A DNA stretch of 63,434 nt, counting the filler, from Octopus bimaculoides (lineage: Eukaryota): the NCBI RefSeq assembly GCF_001194135.2. It is 5 parts of 5 records of this genome, joined end to end, with 100 filler letters (N's around TTAATTAATTAA, not from the genome) between each part and the next. Parts side by side here need not be neighbours in the genome. Positions count along the whole stretch, not along the records: positions 1 to 8,217 come from NC_068988.1; positions 8,318 to 22,158 come from NC_068982.1; 3 more parts are not named here. One strand, written 5' to 3'. Positions 1 to 13,745 of this stretch are shown here, one piece after another (position 1 is the stretch's first letter; every line of letters begins with the position of its first letter). Made by a program: the position numbers and the translations under genes. Below the pieces are notes generated by a model. That model did no database searches. It was not told where the DNA came from and saw only the letters and a list, made by a program, of their open reading frames with translations.

Positions 1-68
<68 letters not shown>

Positions 69-1919
69 TCACACGCACACAAACACACTCAGATACACAC
101 ACACACATGAATATATATCATGCTAAATACTATATTTTGAAATAAATTCAAAAAAGAATTATGGTTTTTATATTCAATACAATATAATGCTCCTTACAAA
201 TTAAATCTCAAGTTGCATAAGTTTATAAATTATTTTCTTAGTTGCAGAAATAATTAAGACAATTTTCAAAACATTAAGTCGACAATATTTTTATACTGAA
301 AGCTCTTTCATAATTATCAATGACATCTGCATTGTAGTAATTCAAAGTCAGACAAACAAATAAATATACTTATATAAAAGTATATGCTTTATATTTCTAT
401 GACTATATTTTTAGAGGTCACACATTTGAAAACTTTAATAATTATGCTTTATAACAAAGTAAATTTTTCTATATATTTATATTTAACTGATAACTATAAT
501 GTAAACCTTAGTATTACTTTTTATATATTTTTCTATGTTTACCAGTTTACTTAGTAAAATGTTCGATATTAGAGCTATATTTGATGCATTTTAATAAAAT
601 TTTTTAGAATTTTGGAGTGAAATATGATGGATATATTTATAAATTTATTCTATTTATATATCTATCTAAAATTATTTTTGAATTTAAAACCAATATAATT
701 TAAACAAAACTGGTCATACCTATGTAATATTGTTGAATATTCTTGCATAACTTTTATAATATATATTACAAATCAAAATGTGCAACACCCTTATGTCTAA
801 ACCACTTGATGTGGTTGATGTATGTAATTGAAATTTATTATAGATCCTGTGTGTGAAGTGAATTTGAATTTTATTTTTATTCATTTATTTATAATTTTTT
901 TAATGGTTTGAACATATTTTCTGCCAAAATTGACAAAATATCAGAGAACACTGTCTGTTTCAGAATTTGTTTTTCTTTAACTTGTCAATAAATTGGCAAT
1001 TTTATAATGTACTCTACATTACACTGTGAACAAATAATTAACACTTTTCCAGAAGACTTACTGTATAATTTCAACTCTAGATTTGCAAATCTTCAATCTC
1101 TGGAAGAACATTACTAAAATTCAAATGAATAAAATGCTTCCTTTTTTTCAATTTTGTTTTGTCTTAATGATTTTTTGTTTTTATTTTGTTTTTGTTCTTT
1201 TATTGTCATTTTTATCTTAATTTTTTTTATCCTCATTTTGGTGTAGGTTGCATAGGGTTGCAAATTCATACATTTTTTAACATTCTGAAAGCAGAGATTT
1301 TGTTTTAAATATCATTCACAAAGACAAGCAAATTATTAACAATGGAAACTGACATAATTTTCTAGATGTTAGATTGAATCCAATTCAAGATTATTTACGT
1401 TCGAATATTTTTGTTTTTATGAAAAGATAGGATGGGTATACTCTTACATCAATTTGCACAGACATTGCTGTGTGTTTAAGAAGCTCAGTTTACAACCACA
1501 TGGTTTTGGGTTCAGTCCCTCTGCATGACACATGTTTTTTTCTACTTTGACCAATGCCTTGTGAATGAATTTGGTTGACAGAAACTGTATGGAAGTCTTT
1601 TGTATGTATGTATGTCTGTGTGTGTATGTTTATGTCTCTATGTCTACATTACTCTCCACCCATCACTTGACAATTGGGACTGATTTGTTTACATCCCTGT
1701 AGATTAGTGGCTCAACAATAGGACCCAACAGAATAAGTACCAGACATAAAAATAAATACTGGGATCCATTTTTTCAACTAAAACCATTCAAAGTGGTGTC
1801 TCAGAATGGTGAGATCTAATGGTTAAAACAAATAAAAGAAATTAAAAGAAAAAATATATAGAAAACAAAATACTTTTATAAAAAAGAACTTTAATATGAA
1901 TATTTAGATATTTTACTGA

Positions 1920-2195
1920 GTGCCCCTTGACTGGCTCCCATGCTGGTGGCACGTAAAAAGAACTATCCAAACATGATCGATGTCAGGCTCACCTGACTAG
2001 CTCCTGTGCTAGTGGCATGTAAAAAGCACATACTACATTCTTGGAGAGGTTGGAATTAGGAAGGGCATCCAGCTGTAGAAGCATTGCAAGATCATATTGG
2101 AGCCTGGTGTTACTGCTGGCTCTCCAGACCTCAGTCAAACCGTCCAACCCATGCCAGCATGAAAATGGACGTTAAACAATGATGATGATGATGAC
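1920..2195 (+). repeat. Short repeat sharing the RTE LINE 3' tail (truncated LINE or SINE)
   Basis: TTAGGAAGGGCATCCAGCTGTAGAA...CCAACCCATGCCAGCATG...GGACGTTAA(TGA)n. Similar copies at ~3795-3940, 11190-11390 and 11525-11680 (+). Confidence 0.8.
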
Positions 2196-2806
2196 GAGTC
2201 TTTTATAATTTGTTCAAAAAATAATTTACATTTATTCTCCAAATTTAAATCTGTCACCTTAAACAATCAGTACTTGATTCATTACTTCTTATGAAATTTT
2301 ACATTGATTTAATTCAAACTGCCCATCACTTTTACGTCAAATCTGAAATGATAATAGAGCATTAAGAATATTTTGAACTAAACTACTCTAATAAGTGGTA
2401 TTAGCAATTTACTTATCATTATATTCTCTAATTAGTGTTGAACTTTGTCAGCTACTTTATGTTTAATGACTTTGTCCTTGTAGTGTATAGAGTAACTTAA
2501 AAACCAATTCTATAAACTATTCACTGATTCCTTTTCTTATAACAAGTGGAGTAGGAAAATGCAAGTAAAATGCTTTCTAATCATGGTGTTGAATTTGATA
2601 GTTCAGAATTCAATGGAACTAAAATTATTTCACAGCAATTTCAAATAGAGTAAATGAAAATATAATGATTTTCCAAACACATATTAAAAAATATATTTTC
2701 CAGAATATTGTGATTTTTAACTATTATGTTCTGAAAGACATGTGTGTGTGCATGTATGTATGAACATATGTGTGTGTATATTTATATATATATTTATATA
2801 TGTGTG

Positions 2807-2857
<51 letters not shown>

Positions 2858-3431
2858 NNNNNNNNNNNNNNNNNNNNNNNNNNNNNNNNNNNNNNNNNNN
2901 NNNNNNNNNNNNNNNNNNNNNNNNNNNNNNNNNNNNNNNNNNNNNNNNNNNNNNNNNNNNNNNNNNNNNNNNNNNNNNNNNNNNNNNNNNNNNNNNNNNN
3001 NNNNNNNNNNNNNNNNNNNNNNNNNNNNNNNNNNNNNNNNNNNNNNNNNNNNNNNNNNNNNNNNNNNNNNNNNNNNNNNNNNNNNNNNNNNNNNNNNNNN
3101 NNNNNNNNNNNNNNNNNNNNNNNNNNNNNNNNNNNNNNNNNNNNNNNNNNNNNNNNNNNNNNNNNNNNNNNNNNNNNNNNNNNNNNNNNNNNNNNNNNNN
3201 NNNNNNNNNNNNNNNNTTAAATGGATGAGAAAAATTTGTAGTTTAGAATCAGTAGTTCTTTGACTGCTATTTCTAAATTTTCAGTATGTTGGAGAAGCAA
3301 CTCAATGCTAATCCCTGTATATTTATGATGATAAATGGTTTTACCGATAAAGGTTTTTTCATACTGAACTACTTGGCAAAATTGTTAATTATTAATTCTA
3401 TTATTAATTGACGATTCCCTGCCCTTATTCT

Positions 3432-3475
<44 letters not shown>

Positions 3476-3936
3476 ATGACATATACATAGAGATATGCAT
3501 TTTGCAAGTGATTTTAGGAGTTAACACAGTCAATATGTTATGTGGCAACATAATGTGTATGCATGTATGTACATATATATATATGTATGTATGTATGCAT
3601 GCATGTAGGTATCACAGTTGTCATCACATGTTAATCCATCTCTTGATTTTGCTTTCCTTAATGCTCGTTCACTCTCCTCCTTCACCAATGTTAAACTAAT
3701 GATAATTATTGCTGTGCTTTTCGTTGACGTTGTTCAGTAATTTATTTTGCTTGTGTGTGTGTGTGTGTTTGTGTGTATATATATATATATATACATGGCG
3801 TTAGGAAGGGCATCCAGCTGTAGAAACTTTGCCAAACCAGATTGGAGCCTGGTGTAGCCGTCTGGTTTCACCAGTCCTCAGTCAAATCGTCCAACCCATG
3901 CTAGCATGGAAAGCGGACGTTAAACGATGATGATGA

Positions 3937-3979
<43 letters not shown>

Positions 3980-4411
3980 CATATAAATATATATAAGGAT
4001 ATTATTGTTTATAATAATATCAGTGGCTTAGCATGCATAAAAAAAAAACTTATGAAGGTAAAAATTATCAGTTAATAATTAAGCATACTGACAGGTGGCA
4101 TCGGCATGCTAACATAGCAATCATGATGATCAAACCACAAGTTTTCACTTAAACACAAAGGTGAAAGCAAACAAATGAATAAAAACCCTAAGACCCCTAC
4201 CAATGACAAAAATAATCGAAATTGCCATCTTTCACCGTTGTGCTTAAGTCAAAATTTGTGGTTTGGTCATTTTGTTTGCTATGTTAGCATGCCGGTACCA
4301 CCTGCCAATACCCTAAATTATTAATTGATACATTTGCATATATGTTGTGTGTGTGTATATATATATATACGTGTGTATATATTTATAATGTACTGCTCCA
4401 TCATGTACATT

Positions 4412-4442
<31 letters not shown>

Positions 4443-4658
4443 GGAGGAAAAGTTCCATAAGTGGCTCGTCTGTTTTCCTATGTGTTCATTCTGTTGTCCG
4501 CAAAAAAAATTCTGTTTTTTTGTGCTTTGTTTATGTTCCCATTCCGTTTTTGTCCACATTTTTTGATGTCCTGTACCCGGATATGCATCTATATATACAT
4601 GTAGATGTAGGTATGTACATATATGTATGTATACATGCATATGCTCATATATCATTTG

Positions 4659-4694
<36 letters not shown>

Positions 4695-4790
4695 TTCGAT
4701 ACCTTTTGTACAAAAACACACCGTGCTCACTCAATACAAAGCTGTGTTAGAAGTATGAAAAGTTTATCATAAGTGTATCCTGGTAAACGT

Positions 4791-5206
4791 GGAGGCGCAA
4801 TGGCCCAGTGGTTNNNNNNNNNNNNNNNNNNNNNNNNNNNNNNGGGCAGCGGACTCGTGGTCATAGGATCGTGGTTTTGATTCCCAGACCAGGTGTTGTG
4901 AGTGTTTATTGAGTGAAAACACCTAAAGCTCCACAAGGCTCCAGCTGGGGATGGTGGCGAACCCTGCTGTATTCTTCCACCACAACTTTCTCTCACTCTT
5001 ACTTCCTGTTTCTGTTGTGCCTGTAATTCAAAGGGTCAGCCTTGTCACACCGCGTCACACTGAATATCCCCGAGAACTATGTTAAGCGTACACTTGTCTG
5101 TGGAGTGCTCAGTCACTTGCACGTTAATTTCATGAGCAGGCTGTTCTGTTGATCGGATCAACTGGAACCCTCGATGTCATAAGCGACGGAGTGCCAACAA
5201 CAACAA
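4791..5206 (+). mobile_element. tRNA-derived SINE, family A
   Basis: tRNA-like head GGAGGCGCAATGGCCCAGTGGTT...GGTTTTGATTCCC, tail GTGCCAACAACAAC; matches 7242-7624 and 15940-16320. Confidence 0.85.
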
Positions 5207-5763
5207 TCTTGGTAAAGTAGATCATATTTCCTCATACTGAAGGAAGGGCATTAGACAACTGTACTTGTTGGTCAGTCAGAAATAATGGAAAAGAAATGCT
5301 AGTCAGGATATTTAATGGTATTGGGTGCTTTTGGTTGTGACATGGTTGGTCAAGTAATTAGTCATGTGATTGGTCATGTTCTAGATGATGTCTCTTTTTG
5401 TGACAAGTATGTGGAAACAGTTCATTGGAGTTAATTATTTGGTTCGTTGTTTTGCTGATAAGATGTATACTTTTAGTCAAGCATCAACATGTAGTTCAAC
5501 TCCAGAGATAATCACATGGATTACTGAGAAACCAATGGTATGCTTGGATATGCAATAAGTCATCTGAAGATGACCACTTTATTGGTAATGTTCATTCTTT
5601 ATGTTAGGTATCAAGGATGAAAGTCTACTTTGCAGTATATAGTGGCAAGATAAGATGAACTCAGTTTTCGGGTATGTACTCATCATATTTTCGGGTCAAT
5701 AACGTAAACTGCCAGTTTACTACTGGAGTCTACTCTCTAACCCACCAAATTTTAGGCCTTGTG

Positions 5764-5797
<34 letters not shown>

Positions 5798-7241
5798 NNN
5801 NNNNNNNNNNNNNNNNNNNNNNNNNNNNNNNNNNNNNNNNNNNNNNNNNNNNNNNNNNNNNNNNNNNNNNNNNNNNNNNNNNNNNNNNNNNNNNNNNTAT
5901 ATATACACATACATGTATATATATACACATACATATATATATATATACACACACACACATTTTTTTAAATTTATTCTGGAAAAAACTGATGATTGCCAAA
6001 AAAACATTTGAGAAAACAAACACATTGAGATATTTAGATATGGCTTTCTTTTCTTCACTCAGAGGGACTTTGAGATTTGTGAGAAAGAATTCTCTTCAAA
6101 CTAGAAATATGAACTGAAAGCTCCCAATGTGTTGGCTCTACTCATGGTATATAACAATAGTTTTTATTCAGGCAGTAGATTAAGTTTACCATCCCAGAGC
6201 AGGAACAATACATCAGTATAGTTTTCATTAACTAAATTTCACTTGCAAGACCTTGATCAACACAGAATTCATTTTGCTAAAGGTTCTGCTGGACAATATC
6301 AGATCTGAAGCCACATAGCTGTGAAATTGTGAAGTAATCTTTCTAATCTCACATTCACACCTGTAGCTTAGGAACTAAGATAAAGAGTAGATAATTTGGT
6401 TCTGATAAGTATAATATTAAACTAATTTGAGAGAATTGTATAAAGCCTTAAATCTGCCTTAGTCAAATGTTTTGCCCCTTGATTTGATAAATACCTTAGT
6501 CAAACTCAAACTTCAGGATTCAATAATTGTGTTTAAGCCTCTCACATATGCGCAATGGCCTTCCTTATATCAATCAATGCATTTAAACCATCTCGTATCT
6601 TAATATTCAATTTCACAGAGAAAATTAGCTGTCAGAGACTTGGAAGACTACATAAGGCTTAATTATAGTCAAGGTTTAATGGCAATCTGATATGCAGTAA
6701 TTACTTAGGAAAAACAGTCTTTACTTTGAAAGCAATTAGAATATCAATTTCCGATTTTTGTCTATGTTCTAAATTTGCCTATATTGACATTGCTTTTCAT
6801 CTTCCAAGAAGTTGTAAAATAAGTACAAGTAAATAACTAGGATGACTAAATCAACTACTTCTCTCTCCATGAATATGTAGCTCTACATCATAGTTAGAAG
6901 GAAGTTATTCATAGAGGATGATTATTAGATGGTAAATCTTGAATTAAAAGTAATTTAGATAATAAATTACCATTATTTAGGTAATGTACTTTATCTAAAG
7001 TGTTATATAATGTTACATTATGTAAGTGTTCCATAATATTACAGGTAAAATACTATACTTGAATTAAACAGCATAAGTTATTTTTTAATAATAAAATATA
7101 TAATGGTATAATACATGTGAAAAGTCACTATATATACATATACACAAATATACATATACACATATATACATGTATTCACACATACATACATACATACATA
7201 CATGCATACAAACATACATGCACATATGTATATGTATAAAA

Positions 7242-7624
7242 TGTTGTTGGCACTCCATCGCTTACGACATCGAGCGTTCCAGTTGATCCGATCAACAGAA
7301 CAGCCTGCTCATGAAATTAACGTGCAAGTGGCTGAGCACTCCACAGACATGTGTACCCTTAACGTAGTTCTCGGGGATATTCAGCATGACACAGTGTGAC
7401 AAGGCTGACCCTTTGAATTACAGGCACAGCAGAAACAGGAAGTAAGAGTGAGAGAAAGTTGTGGTGAAAGAGTACAGAAGGGTTCGCCACCATCCCCTGC
7501 CGGAGCCTTGTGGAGCTTTAGGTGTTTTCACTCAATAAACACTCACAACGCCTGGTCTGGGAATTGAAACCGCGATCCTATGATCGCGAGTCCGCTGCCC
7601 TAACCACTAGGCCATTGTGCCTCC
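7242..7624 (-). mobile_element. tRNA-derived SINE, family A
   Basis: Full-length reverse-complement copy. Confidence 0.85.
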
Positions 7625-9622
7625 ACATGTATAAAATATGTATACAGTGAATGGATAAAAAAGAGAAAGTGGCACTCAGCGCAGTTAGGAGTAACATACG
7701 TCTTTTAATAACAGTTGACCCAACTCCATAAAACTTCAAGTTTTGTGACTAGAATGTGTGCATCTTATAAGAGGTCGGATGGACACATCCAACATACCTA
7801 TGAAACAAGTGGAGCTGAGCCAAACTGTTATTAATAGATACATATATATGTGTATGTGCATATGCATGCATATATGTGTATGTGTGTGCCGATATACATA
7901 CATATATATATATATATATTTCAAAATATAACCACATGTGGATCGTTGTTGAGTTTTTGCTCCAAATTCCTTTTGTCTTGGACTTTCCTCTGTCTCCTGT
8001 TTCTGGCGAAGAGCTTTGCTCGAAACATAAAACCACCTTTCTTTCCTTCCCTGAGCGTCTGCTAATATCTTGCATTTACCACGTCCTTGCACTGTTGTTT
8101 TTTCTTGTGTTTGTTCTTCGTTTTGGGGATTTACTATATATATATATTCATAATCAGGTATCTGGTGCATCTCCAGTCGATGCACCTGGTGACTTATATA
8201 TATATATATATATATATNNNNNNNNNNNNNNNNNNNNNNNNNNNNNNNNNNNNNNNNNNNNTTAATTAATTAANNNNNNNNNNNNNNNNNNNNNNNNNNN
8301 NNNNNNNNNNNNNNNNNATATATATATATATATATATAGTGCATGTGTTTATTTAGCAAGAAAAAAATGACCGTTCCAAAATATAGCAATATGCTTCACA
8401 GTTGTTTTACAATTATACAGCAACTAAAGTGTAACTACAACACAAATTTTTTTATATCAACTTTGGGGAGCATTTATTATTGTATTGTTATTCCTTTATA
8501 GAATAAAATTATTATCATTCGAAACTTTAGATCCACAAAGAAAGGGAGTATTTCAAAAGTGTTTATATCTTAACAATAAATTTGTCTGTGTTAAATGTCT
8601 TTTCCATAGTCACAGTATAGTAACTGTTCAATTTAACCTTGTTGGTATAGCTAAGCGCCTTTAGTGATCCATATCCTATCAAGTTATATATTCTGATCCC
8701 CAGGATATTGTCACATTGGTTGAATTATCCAGACTACAGAGAATTACGCAATGATTGGTTTTAATCCAGTTTGCCATACCTTTTAGGCTACCTAAAGACA
8801 CAGGTTAATGTCACTTGGAGCAAACATACATTTTAAGTGAGCAATTTGGTTGGTCAGAGTATCAAACACTTGCTTTCTCACTCTTATCAGTTTCATGATG
8901 TCAATACTGTGATGAGGGTACATTGGAGGCAATTTGTCTGGTGAGGCAATTGGTTTACATGTGTTGTACTGAATCATTTTATAAGACAGTGGAAGCACAC
9001 CCACCAGGTATCCTGTTCTAGTTAGACTAAACCTAAGCATGATGCAATACCAGTGATACTTTTATAGATTTTAAGTGATTCAGCCAATATTCTATCAATA
9101 TAGTCAGCTGTGGCACCATTTACCCTGATTACTGTAACACAAGTATCTCAAATTGTGGATAAAATGATATAGAAATAATAAAAAAAATCTTTCTGAAATT
9201 CTCAAATATTGATTCAGGTTAAGTTGTATATCTTCTTCTTTTTTTTTTTTATATCTTTAGACCAAGAGGGGAGGCATTGCCTGTGACCATGTAAACCAAT
9301 TGCCTCAACCAGACAAACAGGGCTTCTGAGACTGATAGGAGGTTGAGAAGAAATTGTTCTCAAATTGGGAACCCAGTACTTGGCTAGTATTTTCATTTAT
9401 CAACTTTGGAGAGATAGAAGACAAAGTTGACTTCGACATGATTTGAACTCAGAATGTAAAATGAGCCAGAATAAATACTGCAAAGTATTTTGTTCAACAC
9501 TCTAATGATTCTATCAATACATCACCTTAGTGTCAAATATGATAAGTTAAGGACAAATCTGAATTAATACTCCTCTTCTCAGATACCTAATGAAGCAAAG
9601 AATGTTGAAATTTCTTTTAAAT

Positions 9623-9988
9623 ATCTTTTGTTAATCCGTTTATATACTTGTTTTGCAAGATTTTTGATGTTAAATCGTGTGTTGAAACAGATGTTGTTGT
9701 ACTTGGGGATGGTCATATTGCCAGTTTAGCCAATAAAATAGGAATACAATAGGAATACAAAATACAAAATGTCTGATAGTTAGCAAGGTGGGACACACAT
9801 AAGAAAGAAGAAAGCAAAGGACCACTGATGAGGTCACAGAAGTGTGACGAAAGAACTCTGGCCGAAATAGGATTAATGTAATGTAATATAAAGCTGAAGC
9901 AAATTAACACCAAATATACAGTGCGTGTGTTTTTATTGGCTAAACTGGCAATATGACCATCCCCAAGTACAACAACATCTTTTGTTAA
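9623..9988. mobile_element. Short insertion with a perfect 50-bp inverted repeat and internal hammerhead motif; probable Penelope-like pLTR fragment with inversion
   Basis: 9689-9738 is the exact reverse complement of 9931-9980. A 12-bp direct repeat ATCTTTTGTTAA at 9623-9634 and 9977-9988 flanks the unit (candidate TSD). Confidence 0.7.
9819..9863 (+). ncRNA. Minimal type-I hammerhead ribozyme-like motif
   Basis: GGACCA-CTGATGA-g-GTCACA(gaag)TGTGAC-GAAA-gaac-TC-TGGCC. Intact core, perfect 6-bp stem II, stem I with one bulge, 2-bp stem III, one extra G before stem II. Confidence 0.6.
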
Positions 9989-10170
9989 GTTTTATATAAA
10001 TACTTAATTTACTTCCAGGTTTTTGATTTTTCATATCAATTTATTAACTACATTTGGCTAAATCCCATTATGAAAATTATACTTTTTGAAGTGTTTCAAA
10101 TATCTTTTTATTATTATTATTATTATTATTATTTTCTTTTTTTTCTTTTGGCTATTTCAGTGGTTAAGTC

Positions 10171-10941
10171 ATGGGAACCCTGTATGATTGTCTTCTGGAG
10201 GTTCATCTTGAGAGATATTACTCCTCTTTCTTAACTCATGGCATATCAAAAGCCGAGTCGTTACTGAAACTGACACCTCGAGATTATGGAGCATTCGGGC
10301 TGAACACTACAGATGAAAGACGTCGCCTCTATGAACTCATCAACTTGCTACGATCTGTTTTTAATTCATCCAGTCATGCAACAACAGTACCTCACCAGAA
10401 ATTTGAACACAAACGGTCACACAGCTTTTGTGGCAATCCCAAGAAAACAGCAGCAGTATCGCGGTCATCCACACCCCCACCCCCACCCCCATCATCACCA
10501 TCTCATTCAACTTCCTCTTCCACTGTTATAGTTCCCTCGGCGCTTGAGCAGTCTCTAAAGGAGGCAAAATCTCAACACGCATCTGTGGTGGTGACGTCTC
10601 GTAAACATTTTTCTAATACAGACTTTCTAACAACTAAGGTTGTTGAGAACCATGATTTTAATTACTCAGCTAATTTATCAGATAGTTCATGCAGTTCCCC
10701 TCAGAGTCCAATTGAAAAAGTCACTCATCATACTTCGTACAATTATGGAATCCCAAAGAACAAGAAAAAAGTACGAGCAAGTAGTCCTCGTTCAATGAGA
10801 GATGAAAAAATTAAAGTTTGTGTACGCAAAAGACCTTTAAAAGGGAAAAGTGAAATGGATGTGGTTGAAGTAAAGGATGGTAACACTGTTATAATCAATG
10901 AAATGAAATTAGCAGTTGATCTCTCTTCATATATCTTACAG
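10171..10941 (+). CDS. KIF24: First coding exon of a KIF24-like kinesin-13 (N-terminal SAM domain, Ser/Pro-rich linker, start of kinesin motor)
   Basis: N-terminus MGTLYDCLLEVHLERYYSSFLTHGI...DERRRLYELINLL resembles the KIF24 SAM domain. KIKVCVRKRPL...VVEVKDGNTVIINEMKLAVDLSSYILQ is the kinesin-13 motor start. Pyrimidine tract and AG acceptor at 10159-10160, ATG at 10171, phase-0 donor CAG|GTAAAT after 10941. The ORF-track residues after ILQ are intron read-through. Confidence 0.88.
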
Positions 10942-12525
10942 GTAAATTATGCATTTTTCATCAAAATCTCTCATCTTTATCTACTTCCCAGCTACTCCCA
11001 CCCACCCTTAAGTAATGTGGGGTAGCCATGTATTTTCTCTATAGCAAGACACCTGTGCTTTCTCCTCTAAATGTGGGTAGCCATGTAGCTCCTCTAGAAC
11101 AAGTATGTGCTCTGTTCTACCCTCTTATATCTTAACCCTCATCTGGCATAAAGCACTCCCGCCGCCTTGGGTTTTGTACTCTTGTGATCTGCATGAAGAT
11201 TACACGAGTACTGGTGGTATGAGAAAAGCTTCCAGTACACACTGTAAAATGATTGGTATTAGGAAGGGCATCCAACTGTAGAAACCATGACAAAGTAGCA
11301 ACTGGAATAAGATGCAGTCCTTGGACCCATTTGATCCTGTCAAATTGTCCAACTCATTCCAGCATGGAGTATGGACGTTAAATAATAATAGTCTTTCAAC
11401 ACCGGGCATAAAGCCAATTTCCCCTTTCAAGTAGTCCATCCACTTAGTTGTGTTTTTTTCTTTAAACTTTTTTCCATGTTCTTTTTCTGTCTTGGCAACC
11501 TCACTAGTATTGGTAACCTGAACAAAGCACCCAATACACACTGGTATTAGGAAGGACATCCAGCCATAGAAAAAACATGCCAAAGCTCAGTGCAGTACTG
11601 CGGTTTGCTGGGTCCTGTCAAACTGTCCAACCTATGTTAGCATGTAAAATGGATGTTAAATAATGATGATGAGGATGATGTAATGAGAGGTTTGGGTGCA
11701 GCTGATTGGATGCTGTTGATATGGCACAGCTGATTGGACATGCAGACTGTTTTGGCAACAATACTTTTTTCCATGTGAGGCGTTTAGTAACAGAGTCATA
11801 AGCACCACCCTATCTATTTTCAAGGTTAGTATATCATTTTCTTTGTCTTGACGTCTAGAATCCGGTGAAGCTTGCAATAAGGTCGAAAATCCGGCTGAAA
11901 AAAATTGTACCTCGACGCTAGTGACATGACGCTCGCTCACCCAAACTCGAACCAGAGGGTTTAGTAACACACCATCATAAGCACACATGCTCAATCAATG
12001 ACTTTGGTGTGGTCCCAGTATTGTTTTTCAAGGTGTTATTGTTCATCATCATCATCATCATCTTTTAACGTCCACTTTCCATGCTAGCATGGGTTGGACG
12101 ATTTGACTGACACACGCGCACACACACATACACACACGTCCATTTCATATATCTTCTTTCAATTTCTGCTCTCTGCAAATAAACTTTTTTACGGATACAG
12201 CTGCTTACAAAAATAGGGATTAATGTATAATTTCTTTCTATGCTCATAATTAAATCAATGTTTTAATGATTAGACAGTGGTCCAACAGAATAGCTCTCAG
12301 AAAAAGACTACGTACAAATTTGTTCTTCACAACTCCTGAAGCTGTTTTCTGACAAGGTGGTGGTGGTGGGGGGAATCAGGAAATTTTCATACAGCTGGAG
12401 GCTCCAATAATCAAAACAGAGGATCCGAAATGATAAGGTTGAGAAACGCTGTTATAGATAATGCCTAACCGAAAACGATCACAGCCACATCACCCAAACA
12501 GACCGGCAGAAACCAGGCTTAGCTG

Positions 12526-12566
<41 letters not shown>

Positions 12567-12569
12567 CTA

Positions 12570-13745
12570 TAGTGCACCTTATGAAAATGCCCTCAAGGAA
12601 AACAGGTGTCATGCTCACACTTTGCCCATCACTGCAGTTACTGCAGCTAGGCTTGGTATATATAGAAGACTGAATAGTAGAGGAAATTTGACCTGCCAAG
12701 AAACCAGAAGCAGTTAATAGCTTCTGCTACATAGGCGGCCAAGTCTGTAGTGGAGGTGGTTGCTCTGAGAATGTAGCGACTAGAGTAAGAATAGCCTGAG
12801 CAAAGTTCAGGGAGCTCCTACCTCTGCTGGCAACTAAGGGCCTCTTGCTCAGGGTGAAAGGTAGACTGTATGATGCATGTGTGTGAACTGCCATGCTATA
12901 CGACAGTGAAACATGGGCCATGAATGCTGAGGACATGCGTAGGCTTGAAAGAAATGAAATTAGTATGATCTGCTGGAGAGAAAAGTTGGGCATATGCAGC
13001 ATCAAATGTGGTATGCAAGAGAGGCGACTGCACTGGTATGGCCATGTGTTACATATGAATGAGAACAGCTCTGTGAGGAAGTGCCACTCCCTAACTGTAG
13101 AATGAACCTGGGATGAGGTGGTGAAGCATGACCTTTGAACATTGGGCCTCACAGAGACAATGAAGAAGACCGAAACCTTTGGACATATGCTGTGATTGAG
13201 AAGACCCGGCAACTAAAGTGAGATTGCAGCCTTGCACGTCCAGCCCTGTTAAGAATACTCCTGATGCGTCAGGCAATATGATATGATATGCTTGAGAAGA
13301 CCTGTTGAGTCAAGTAAAACCAATATCGCAGATGGGGCCGGTGTCCCCTGACTGGCTCCCGTGCTGGTGACACATAAAAGGCACCATCCGAACATGATTG
13401 ATGCCAGGTCTGCCAGACTGGCCCCCGTGCCTGTGGAATGTAAAAAGCACCAATCAAACGTGGCCAGTGCCAGTACCCCCTGACTGGCTCTTGTGCTGGT
13501 GGCACATAAAAAGCACCATCCGAATGTGATCGTTGCCAAGCCTGCCTTACTGGTTCCTGTGCTGGTGGCATGTAAAAAGCACCCATTACACTCTTGAAGT
13601 GGTTGGCATTAGGAAGGGCATCCAGCTGTAGAAACTCTGCCAGACCAGATTGGAGCCTGGTGCAGCCGCTGGCTCTCCAGACCTCGGTCAAACCGTCCAA
13701 CCCATGCCAGCATGGAAAATGGACGTTAATTGATGATGATGATGA
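12570..13745 (+). mobile_element. RTE-clade LINE 3' end
   Basis: VRIAxAKFRELLPLLATKGLLLRVKGRLYDACV-TAMLYDSETWAMNAEDMRRLERNE...LHWYGHV, then a 3' UTR with internal tandem units (ACTGGCTC.GTGC.GGTGGCAC.TAAAAAGCACC) ending GGACGTTAA(TGA)n. Confidence 0.85.

Noticed and set aside
2742-3263. Long ORFs of YI/CV/X residues (also 5674-6117, 22450-23395, 24616-25197, 26420-26836, 44402-45093, 53209-53944, 60540-60878)
   Set aside because: Read-through of (TA)n, (CA)n and (GATA)n microsatellites and N gaps.
4791-4885. tRNA-like sequences at SINE heads
   Set aside because: They continue into repeated SINE bodies, so they are not tRNA genes.
5300-5700. Possible Penelope RT fragment on the minus strand
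   Set aside because: Only faint motif resemblance with many stops; not supportable by eye.
8262-8273. TTAATTAATTAA islands between N runs (also near 22203, 39430 and 61829)
   Set aside because: An identical 12-mer padded by Ns on both sides, with stops in all frames, is an assembly or scaffolding linker, not biology. It also means contiguity across these points is uncertain.
8600-9120. Possible LINE endonuclease remnant on the minus strand
   Set aside because: No diagnostic motif could be read with confidence.
10942-11025. C-terminal tail of the 284-aa ORF
   Set aside because: Lies after a good GT donor at the motor-domain boundary; intron read-through.
11840-11990. CpG-richer segment with ATCCGG repeats and GAAA as a further hammerhead or promoter
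   Set aside because: The core and stems cannot be assembled, and there is no independent promoter evidence.
13330-13600. Regularly spaced ~60-70-nt repeats resembling a CRISPR array
   Set aside because: Imperfect internal tandem units of the RTE 3' UTR found in several copies; eukaryotic context and no cas genes.
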